Origin: Ideonella sp. WA131b
Lineage (GTDB): Bacteria > Pseudomonadota > Gammaproteobacteria > Burkholderiales > Burkholderiaceae_C
Assembly: GCA_023657425.1 (NCBI GenBank)
Contig: JAGTJW010000002.1
Location: 50,431 to 114,430, forward strand
Length of the DNA stretch: 64,000 nt
Direction: 5' to 3'
Below the pieces are notes generated by a model, which searched no databases, was not told the origin of the DNA, and was given only the letters and a program-made list of their open reading frames with translations. Position 1 is the stretch's first letter; the number at the start of each line of letters is the position of its first letter. Shown here one piece after another: positions 24,373-32,900 of the stretch. The translations under genes were made by a program, and so were the position numbers.

Positions 24373-26898
24373 TCAAGGCTTGGCGGGCCTTGCTTCCGGG
24401 GAGTCGTCGGGAGGCGGCGCGAACAGCGGCCTGCCACGGCGCTCGCGCCAGTCACCCAGCAGCAGGAGCATCGGCGCAGCGACGAACACCGATGTGCAGG
24501 CCGCGATGACGATCCCGACCGCCATCGGGATGGCAAAGCTCGCAACCGCCGAGCCGCCCCAGACGGCCAGCGGCAGGATGGCCAGGAACGCCGTCACCGA
24601 GGTGTACAGGCTGCGCGTGAGCGTCTGGTTGATGGACTTGTCGATCACCTCGCGCAGGCTGCGGTTGCGCCGGCTCTGCAGGTTCTCGCGCATGCGGTCG
24701 TACACCACGACCTTGTCGTTCACCGAGTAGCCCACCAGCGTGAGCAGCGCCGCGATGGCGGTGAGGCTGAAGTCGAGCCGGGTCCACGCGAACACGCCGA
24801 GCGTGAGCACCACGTCCAGCAACAGCGTGGCGATGGCGCCCACGGCGAACGGCCACTCGAAGCGCACCCAGATGTAGACGAGCATCGCCAGCGTCGCCAG
24901 CACCATGGCCATCAGGCCGGCCCGCGTGAGCTCGCCGCTGACCTTGGGGCCAACCACCTCGCTGCGTTCGAAGTTCGCCTCGGGGTCGATGGCGCGCATC
25001 GCGGCCTTCAGCTTCTCGACAGCCTGGGTCTGCGCCACTTCGCCGCCGGCTTGCCGCTCCACGCGCACAAGCAGGCGGTCGCCTTCGCCCATGGTTTGCA
25101 GCGCGACTTCGCCGAGGCCGAGCTGGTCGAGCCCGGCGCGGAAGCGGGACAGGTCGTCGGGCTGCGTGACCGCCACCTCCATCTGGATGCCGCCGCGGAA
25201 GTCGATGCCGAAGTTCAGCCCCGGCTTGGCCAGGGACGTCACAGAGGCCAGCGCCAGCACCGCCGACACCAGCATCGTCGCCACGCCCAGCCGCATGAAG
25301 CCCACGTTCGTGCCGTCGGGCACGGGCCTGAAACCGAAAAGCGGCCGGATCTCCAGCGTCTTGAGCTTGCGCCGCCGGGCGATCGACAGCATCGCCACCT
25401 TCACCACCGAGACCGCGGTGAACATCGAGATCAGGATGCCCAGCGCCATGGTGATGGCGAATCCCCTCACCGGCCCGGAACCGAACGAGAACAGCAGCAC
25501 CGTGGCGATCAGGGCCGTGACGTTGCTGTCCATCACGGTGGCGTAGGCGCGGCGGAATCCCGAATCGATGGCCGTCAGCGCCGCCTTGCCCTTGAGAGTC
25601 TCCTCGCGGATCCGTTCATTGATGAGCACGTTGGCGTCCACCGCCAGCCCGATGCCGAGCACGATGCCCGCGATGCCGGGCAGCGTGAGCGTGGCTCCGA
25701 GCATGCTCATGCCGGCGATGGTGAGCACCACGTTGATGGCCAGGGCGGCGTTGGCCAGCAAGCCCCAGCCGCCATAGAGCACCACCATGAAGGCGAACAC
25801 GAACACGAAGGCGCCGATGCCCGCGAGGATGCCCTTGCGGATGACGTCGCTGCCCAGGTCGGCGCCCACGTTGCGTTCCTCGATCACCGTCAGTTTGGCC
25901 GGCAGCGCGCCGGCCCGCAGCAACGCAGCCAGGGTGCCGGCCTCCTGTACGGTGAAGCCGCCGGAGATCTGTCCCGCGCCGCCGGTGATGGGCTCGCGGA
26001 TGACCGGCGCGCTGAGCACCTTGTCGTCGAGCACGATCGCGAACGGACGGCCGACGTTGGCCTCGGTGATCGCGGCGAAGGCGCGCGCGCCTGCGCGGTC
26101 GAAGCGGAAGTTGACGATCGGTTCGCGGGTCTGCGTATCGAATCCCGCGCTGGCGTCGACCAGCCGGTCGCCCGAGAGCACAACGCGTCGGTTGATGGGG
26201 TAGGACTGGCCCTCGGCGTCCTGCATCGGGCGCACGCCCTCGGGGCTGGCTGCTTCTCCGAGCAGGTGGAAGCTCATCTTCGCGGTCGAACCCAGCAGCG
26301 CGCGCAGCTGCGCAGGGTCCTGCAGGCCGGGCAACTGCACCAGGATGCGGTTGGGCCCGACCCGCTGGATGGTGGGCTCGGACACGCCAACCTGGTCGAC
26401 GCGCTTGCGGATGACCTCCAGGCTCTGTTCCACCGCACGGTCGATGGCGATCTTCCGGCCCTCTTCGGTGAAGGTGAGCCCGAGGCCGCTTGAGCCCTGG
26501 GGGCGTACGTCGAGGTCGGGGCGACCCGATGGGCCGGGCCTGACGAGGCTGTCCAGCTGGTCTTGCGCGCGCGTCAGGTCGGACGGGTCGCGCAGTTCGA
26601 CGCTCAGGCCTTGCTGGTGGATGTTCAGGGCACGGATCGGCAGCGAGGCCTCGCGCAGGACACGACGCGTGTCGTCGGCCAGCGATCGCGCGCGGTCGTC
26701 GAGCAAGGCTGCGCCATCGACCTCGAGCACCAGGTGCGAGCCACCGCGCAGATCGAGTCCCAGGGCTAAGGGGCGGTCGGGCAGGAAGGCCGGCCAGCGT
26801 TCCAGCACGGAAGAAGGCAGCACGTTCGGCAGGGCGAACAGCAAGCCGCAGAGGATGATGGCCAGGTAACTGGCCACCCGGTAAGGGGAGTTCTTCAT
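24373..26898 (-). CDS. secDF: fused protein translocase subunit SecDF (841 aa)
   Basis: LGLDLRGG, RVDQVGVSEP, DANVLINERIREE (SecD half); GIDFRGG, GYSVNDKVVVYDRMRE, QTLTRS (SecF half), all in one ORF. Confidence 0.95.
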   Translation of the reverse strand: MKNSPYRVASYLAIILCGLLFALPNVLPSSVLERWPAFLPDRPLALGLDLRGGSHLVLEVDGAALLDDRARSLADDTRRVLREASLPIRALNIHQQGLSVELRDPSDLTRAQDQLDSLVRPGPSGRPDLDVRPQGSSGLGLTFTEEGRKIAIDRAVEQSLEVIRKRVDQVGVSEPTIQRVGPNRILVQLPGLQDPAQLRALLGSTAKMSFHLLGEAASPEGVRPMQDAEGQSYPINRRVVLSGDRLVDASAGFDTQTREPIVNFRFDRAGARAFAAITEANVGRPFAIVLDDKVLSAPVIREPITGGAGQISGGFTVQEAGTLAALLRAGALPAKLTVIEERNVGADLGSDVIRKGILAGIGAFVFVFAFMVVLYGGWGLLANAALAINVVLTIAGMSMLGATLTLPGIAGIVLGIGLAVDANVLINERIREETLKGKAALTAIDSGFRRAYATVMDSNVTALIATVLLFSFGSGPVRGFAITMALGILISMFTAVSVVKVAMLSIARRRKLKTLEIRPLFGFRPVPDGTNVGFMRLGVATMLVSAVLALASVTSLAKPGLNFGIDFRGGIQMEVAVTQPDDLSRFRAGLDQLGLGEVALQTMGEGDRLLVRVERQAGGEVAQTQAVEKLKAAMRAIDPEANFERSEVVGPKVSGELTRAGLMAMVLATLAMLVYIWVRFEWPFAVGAIATLLLDVVLTLGVFAWTRLDFSLTAIAALLTLVGYSVNDKVVVYDRMRENLQSRRNRSLREVIDKSINQTLTRSLYTSVTAFLAILPLAVWGGSAVASFAIPMAVGIVIAACTSVFVAAPMLLLLGDWRERRGRPLFAPPPDDSPEARPAKP

Positions 26899-26987
26899 GG
26901 ACGAAACCGGAAGGGCGAGCACCGGGCGCTGCCTGGTACTCGCCAACTGACGTTGAGAGCGGGTGGCGCGCCAGTGGCACGCCGACG

Positions 26988-27380
26988 TCAGGCCTCGGAG
27001 GGAGGGCCCCGGCAACCCGACGAACGCGGGCAGGCCCGGTAGATCCCGGGATCAGGAGCGGGCGCCGTGCCGGCGTCATCGCTGGCCGGCGGAGGTCTCG
27101 TGTCGCTGGGTGGCGGTGCTGCGCTGGGTGTATCGGTCCCGCCGGGGGCGGGCTGCCAGGCCTGGGCTAGCCAGTCCGTCTGCGACACCGCCAGGTCGCG
27201 GCGCAAACCCCGCAGCGTTGCCACACAGCCCGTGGGCCGCTGCAGCGCGAGCTGGCCAGCTTCGAGGGCTCCGACGAGTGCACCATCGGCGGGCGCCGGT
27301 GACGCCGTCGCCGGCCTGCTGGCAAGCGCCAATCCCAGGCCCAGAACGACCGTGATCCAAAGCGCACGAAACCAGCTCAT
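26988..27380 (-). CDS. putative secretion-monitor ribosome-arrest peptide (ApdP/SecM-like uORF), 130 aa
   Basis: GGAG SD 10 nt before ATG; signal peptide MSWFRALWITVVLGLGLALASRPATA; Pro-rich linker; C-terminal ...SGCRGPPSEA*; stop 90 nt upstream of secDF. Confidence 0.72.
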   Translation of the reverse strand: MSWFRALWITVVLGLGLALASRPATASPAPADGALVGALEAGQLALQRPTGCVATLRGLRRDLAVSQTDWLAQAWQPAPGGTDTPSAAPPPSDTRPPPASDDAGTAPAPDPGIYRACPRSSGCRGPPSEA

Positions 27381-27522
27381 GCCGCGGATTCTCCAGCAGG
27401 CCAGGGCCCGACCATCCTGCGCCTGGACGAAGAGTCCCCGAGCCTGCCGCATTTCGGCCAGGCAAGCCTGTCATCAGACGGACCCGCACTCCCGCTTTCA
27501 GGGACCGGCATCCGGAAGCTGA

Positions 27523-27554
27523 GTGCTGCCCGGACCAGTCGTCTCGGGCAGCAC
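27523..27554. other. 10-bp hairpin between terC and the uORF
   Basis: GTGCTGCCCG-N12-CGGGCAGCAC; no U tract. Confidence 0.4.
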
Positions 27555-27570
27555 CTCCATCTCCATAAGG

Positions 27571-28623
27571 TCAAGGGACCGGGGCATCCACGGCACCACG
27601 GCGGGTCTTCCACAGCGAGAACAGCACACCGCCCGCCAGCAGGCCCGCCGTCACCGACAGGCTCAGCGCGGCCGGCACCTTGCCGTCGAACAGCCAGTCA
27701 CCCAGGAAGATCTTGGCGCCGATGAAGATGAGCACGATGGACAACGCGTACTTCAGGTAGTGGAAGCGGTGCACCACGGCGGCCAGCGCGAAGTACAGCG
27801 CGCGCAGGCCCAGGATGGCGAAGATGTTGCTCGTGTAGACGATGAAGGCGTCGGGTGTGATGGCGAAGATGGCCGGCACGGAGTCGATCGCGAACACCAG
27901 GTCGGCGATCTCCACCAGCACGAGGCACAGGAAGAGGGGTGTGGCCCAAAGCACGACCTTGCCGGTCTTGGGGTCGGGCTGGCGGACCCAGAAGCGCTGG
28001 CCATGCAGCTGCTCGGTCACGCGCAGGCGCTTGCGCAGGAACTTCAGCACCGGGTTGTTCTCGATGTCCGGCTTGCTGTCCATCATCACGATCATCTTGA
28101 TGCCGGTGGCAATCAGGATGACGGCGAAGATGTACATGACCCACGAGAACTCCGCCACCAGCGCGGCGCCCAGGCCGATCATGATGGCGCGCAGCACGAT
28201 CACGCCCAGGATGCCCCAGAACAGCACGCGGTGCTGGTACTCGCGCGGCACTGCGAAGTACGTGAAGATCATCGAGATGATGAACACGTTGTCCAGGGCC
28301 AGTGTCTTCTCCACCAGATAGCCGGTGATGTACAGCTGCACGGCCGTCCAGGCGCGTTCGCCGGCCGAGGCGGCCTCGGCGATCTGTGGGTCGATCGAGC
28401 TGGTGCCGGAGTAGGTGTGGTAGATCCAGTACACGGCGCCGGCCCAGGCCAGGCCCAGGCCGATGTACAGCGCCGACATGTTCAGGCTCTCGCGCACGCC
28501 GATCTCGTGCACCTCGCGGTTCATGATGCCGAGGTCGAAGGCCAGGATGGCCAGGACAACGGCGATGAACGCCAGCCATATCCAGGCCGGCATGCCCAGC
28601 CAGAGGGTGAAGAGAAATTCCAT
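27571..28623 (-). CDS. TerC/Alx family metal homeostasis membrane protein
   Basis: FDLGI, GYLVEKTLALDNVF, QHRVLFWGILG, DLVFAIDSVPA, YTSNIFAILGLRALYF. Confidence 0.93.
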   Translation of the reverse strand: MEFLFTLWLGMPAWIWLAFIAVVLAILAFDLGIMNREVHEIGVRESLNMSALYIGLGLAWAGAVYWIYHTYSGTSSIDPQIAEAASAGERAWTAVQLYITGYLVEKTLALDNVFIISMIFTYFAVPREYQHRVLFWGILGVIVLRAIMIGLGAALVAEFSWVMYIFAVILIATGIKMIVMMDSKPDIENNPVLKFLRKRLRVTEQLHGQRFWVRQPDPKTGKVVLWATPLFLCLVLVEIADLVFAIDSVPAIFAITPDAFIVYTSNIFAILGLRALYFALAAVVHRFHYLKYALSIVLIFIGAKIFLGDWLFDGKVPAALSLSVTAGLLAGGVLFSLWKTRRGAVDAPVP

Positions 28624-28718
28624 GGGGAAGCGGCCTTTCAGGGCCGCGCGAGGGCGGCGAAGCGCGAATCATCGGCAGTGCGACGCTGCGGTCCAAGCAG
28701 GGCTTGTGTGACACTGAC

Positions 28719-28733
28719 TTCGGTTTTTCCGAA
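28719..28733. promoter_or_regulatory. palindromic LysR (NhaR-type) binding site
   Basis: TTCGG-TTTTT-CCGAA inverted repeat containing T-N11-A, between divergent terC and LysR. Confidence 0.6.
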
Positions 28734-28755
28734 CCCAGCAGCTGGAGGGGTCTTG

Positions 28756-29640
28756 GTGGATCAGATCAGTTACCGCCATCTGCACTACTTTTGGGTGGTG
28801 GCCAAGGAAGGCGGGTTCGCGCGCGCGGCGGCGCGGCTGGACATGGCGGTGCAGACCGTCAGCGCGCAGGTGCGCGAGCTCGAGCGTGCGCTGGGCCACC
28901 AGCTGCTCAAGCCCACGGGGCGCTGCGTCGTGCTCACCGAAGCGGGCGAGGCCGCGTTCGCCCGCGCCGAGGACATCTTCCGCATCGGCCAGGCGCTGCC
29001 CGCGGCCGTGCGCGACGCCGCCAGCCTGCGCACGGTGCGGCTGGCCGTGGGGTTGTCGGACGGCATCTCGAAGCTCGCCGCGCACGCCTTGCTCGGGCCG
29101 GTGCTGTCCACGCCCCACCTGCGGCTGCTGTGCCACGACGGAGAGTTCGAGCACCTGCAGGCCGAGCTGGCGATGCACCACCTGGACCTGGTGCTCGCCG
29201 GTCAGCCCGCGCCACCCAACCCGACGCTGCGCTTGTCGAGCGAGCGGCTGGCCTCGGCCCCGGTGGACTGGTACGGCCCCGCCTCGCTGCTGCGGCGCGT
29301 CGACGCCCGGCACTTTCCGGACTGCCTGGCCGAGCTGCCGGTGCTGCTGCCCACCGCCCACGCGGCCTTGCGCGGCGCGATCGAGCGCTGGTTCGACCAG
29401 CACGGCCTGCAGCCGCGTGTGACCGGCGAGTTCGAAGACAGCGCGCTCATGGCGGTGTTCGCGGCGCAAGGACTGGGCGTGTTTCCGGTCAGCCGCCTGG
29501 GGATGCAAGACCTGCGTTTGCTGCGCGACCTGCGGCTGCTCGGCCGCAGCGACGAGGTGCGCGAAGACATTTACGCCATCCGGTCCCGACGCGGCTTGCA
29601 CCACCCGTTGGTGCGCCGGGTCGTCGAGGCTGCGGGCTGA
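28756..29640 (+). CDS. LysR family regulator, NhaR-like
   Basis: GTG start after GGAGGG; YRHLHYFWVVAKEG, QTVSAQVRELE, LAVGLSDGISK, GEFEDSALM. Confidence 0.88.
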   Translation: MDQISYRHLHYFWVVAKEGGFARAAARLDMAVQTVSAQVRELERALGHQLLKPTGRCVVLTEAGEAAFARAEDIFRIGQALPAAVRDAASLRTVRLAVGLSDGISKLAAHALLGPVLSTPHLRLLCHDGEFEHLQAELAMHHLDLVLAGQPAPPNPTLRLSSERLASAPVDWYGPASLLRRVDARHFPDCLAELPVLLPTAHAALRGAIERWFDQHGLQPRVTGEFEDSALMAVFAAQGLGVFPVSRLGMQDLRLLRDLRLLGRSDEVREDIYAIRSRRGLHHPLVRRVVEAAG

Positions 29641-29944
29641 GAGCGCGAACGTCTTTCGCGCCGGCCCGCTCGTCCTTGCACAGGCCCGCCGCAGCCCGAG
29701 CCCATTGTGGGCTTGACGCCCGGATCGGGGGTCTTTGGACGCGTCGCCCGGGCACGCCCGAACAAACTCGCGCGCTCTTGGGATGCGGGTGCTGGCAGAG
29801 CCCATGCACCCACCGACGTTGCATGATCCGGCGTCCGGCGCCACCGGCGGAGACCAGCGGTCGCCCTGCAGCAGAACCACACGGGATGGCCCGCCGGGCC
29901 TCCCGGCCATCGGCCCTCGGGCCGTCATTTCCACAGCCCCAGCG

Positions 29945-32900
29945 ATGACCGAATCGACAGCCTCCGACACCGCCCGCGGCACCACCGAGCCCTTGCCCGT
30001 GCCGCCGCCACAGCCGCTGCGCAACCCCCTGCGCACGCGCGCCGACTGGGAGCGCCAGCGCCAGGCCTGCCTGGCCGACCCCGGTGCCTTCCACGGGGCC
30101 ATCGCCGCACGCGAGATCCACTGGTGGGTGCCCGCCGGGGCCGACCCCGCCATCGGCGCGGGCGGCGCCTGGCTCACGTTCGACGAGGCCGGCGGCACCT
30201 GGCGCGGCTGGTGCGCCGCCAGCGCCGGGCCGGTGGCCACCGCGCTGGGTGAGGGCTTCATGCCCTGGGCGCGCGCCTTCGACGACACACAGCCGCCGCA
30301 CTGGCGCTGGTTCAGCGGCGGCTGCACCAACGCCGGCTTCAACGAGGTCGACCGCCACGTGCTGGCCGGCCACGGCGACGAAGACGCCGTCATCTACGAA
30401 GGGGACCGCTGGGACATGGCTGCCGACGGCGGCCGCGGCGCGCCGCTGGAAAGCGAACGCATCAGCCGCCGCCGCCTGCTGCTGGAGACGGCCAAGTGCG
30501 CCGTGGCGCTGCGTGCCTTGGGCCTGAAGCCCGGCGACCGCATCGCGCTGAACCTGCCCAACATCCCGCAGCAGCTCTACTGGACCGAGGCCGCCAAGCG
30601 GCTGGGCATCGTCTACACGCCGGTGTTCGGCGGCTTCTCCGACAAGACCCTGTCCGACCGCATCCACGACGCCGGTGCCCAGGTGGTGATCACCGCCGAC
30701 GGCGGCTACCGCATGGCGCAGGTGGTGCCCTACAAGACCGCCTACACCGACCCCGCGCTCGACAACTTCGTGCCGCTGGCCACCGCCCGCGCCGTGGTGG
30801 CGGCGCGGCTGCCGACGCTGACCCTGAGCCCGGCGCAGTCGCAGCGCCTGCTGGCTGTGCTGGACGAAGCCCTGGCCGGCGAGGTGACGCTGCTGCGCGG
30901 CGACGTGATGCGCGGCGTGGGCCGCGCGCTGGCCGAGCTGGGCCGCGCCGGCCTGGCCGCCGAGGCCGCAGGGCAGGTGCGCGTGGCGCTGGCCGAGGCC
31001 CTGGTGCACACACCGCCGCGCGTGCAGACGGTGGTGGTGGTGCGCCACACGGCGCAGCCCGATCTGGTGTGGCGCCCCGAGCGCGACCGCTGGGCCCACG
31101 AGCTGACCGACGCCGCGCTCGCCCCGCTGCTGCAGGCCGCGGGCGTGGCCAACGAGGCCGCCATGCTGGCCTTGCCCGCGGCCGAGCTGGTGCGCGCGGT
31201 GTGGGCCGTGGTGCCGCCGCTGAAGCTGGATGCCGAGGTGCCGCTCTTCTTCATCTACACCAGCGGCTCCACCGGCAAGCCCAAGGGCGTGGTGCACGTG
31301 CACGGCGGCTACACCGCGGGCGTGGCGCACACCATGAAGGTGGCCTTCGACGCCCGCCCCGGCGAGGTGATGTACGTCGTGGCCGACCCCGGCTGGATCA
31401 CCGGCCAGAGCTACATGATCAGCGCCGCGCTCACCACGCGCGTGACCAGCGTCATGACCGAGGGCGCGCCGGTGTTCCCGCACGCCGGGCGCTTCGCATC
31501 GATCATCGAGCGCTACCGCGTGGCCATCTTCAAGGCCGGCGTCACCTTCCTGAAGACGGTGATGACCGACCCGCAGAACGCCCAGGACGTGCAGCGCCAC
31601 GACATGCGCTCGCTGCGCGTGGCCACCTTCTGCGCCGAGCCCACGAGCCCGGCGGTGCAGCAGTTCGGCATGGGGCTGATGACGCCCTGGTACATCAACA
31701 GCTACTGGGCCACCGAGCACGGCGGCATCGCCTGGACGCACTTCTACGGCAACGGCGACTTCCCCCTGCGCGCCGACGCCCACACCTACCCGCTGCCGTG
31801 GATCGTGGGCGACGTGCGGATTGAAGACGCCACGGCGCCGGCACCCGCGGCGCTGCCGTTCGCCCCGTTCGCCCGTGCGGCAGGCGAGGGCGGCGCCCCC
31901 TGGCGCGAGGCCGCCGCAGGCGAGAAGGGCGAGATCGTCATCGCCGCCCCGTACCCCTACCTGGCGCGCACGGTGTGGGGCGATGCGGAAGGCTTCCGCC
32001 TCGAGCCCGCGGGCGCCCATGGCGTGGGCCTGCGCGTGGTGCCCGCCTGGCGCGGCGACGGCGAGCGCTGGCGCAAGACCTACTGGACGCGCTGGCAGGG
32101 CGCCTGGGCCTACACGCAGGGCGACTTCGCGGTGCGCCACGCCGACGGCGGCTATTCGCTGCACGGCCGCAGCGACGACGTCATCAACGTCAGCGGCCAC
32201 CGCATCGGCACCGAAGAGATCGAAGGCGCCATCCTGCGCGACAAGACGCTGGACCCGGATTCGCCCGTGGGCAACGTCATCGTGGTGGGCGCGCCGCACC
32301 GCGAGAAGGGGCTCACGCCGCTGGCCTTCGTCAAGCCCGCCGCCGGCCGCCGCCTGAGCCAGGACGACCGCCGCCGCCTGGCCGACCTCGTGCGCCAGGA
32401 AAAGGGCGCCGTCGCCGTGCCCGGCGACTTCATCGAGGTGACGCAGTTCCCCGAAACACGCAGCGGCAAATACATGCGCCGCATGGTGCGCGCGCTGGTG
32501 GAAGACTTGCCCGTGGGCGACGCGACGACGCTGAAGAACCCGGAGTCCATCGAGGAGCTGGCGCGCGCCATCGGCGCCTGGAAGCGCGCGCAGCAGCTGG
32601 CCGACGAGCAGCAGCTCTTCGAGCGCCACCGCTACTTCCGCATCCAGGTCAACGCGATCGCGCCGGGGCGCCGCGTGGCGACCGTGTTCGTCACCAACCC
32701 GCCGGTGAACGCACTCAACGAGCGCGCGCTCGACGAGCTCAACCTCGTGGTCGACCACCTGGCGCGGCGCGACGACATGGCCGGCGTGGTGTTCACCGGC
32801 GACGGCGGCAGCTTCATCGCCGGGGCCGACATCCGGCAGCTGCTGGAAGAGGTGCGCCACATCGAGCAGGCGCGTGTGCTGCCCCACAACGCGCAGCTCG

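Noticed and set aside
27498-27566. 22-codon ORF (MEMEVLPETTGPGSTQLPDAGP) right after terC, containing SD-like GGAGG
   Set aside because: No homology or signature; the sequence is explained by the hairpin; cannot be supported without translation data.
28624-28718. yybP-ykoY Mn2+ riboswitch, often found upstream of terC
   Set aside because: The short leader lacks the conserved riboswitch elements; regulation looks LysR-based instead.
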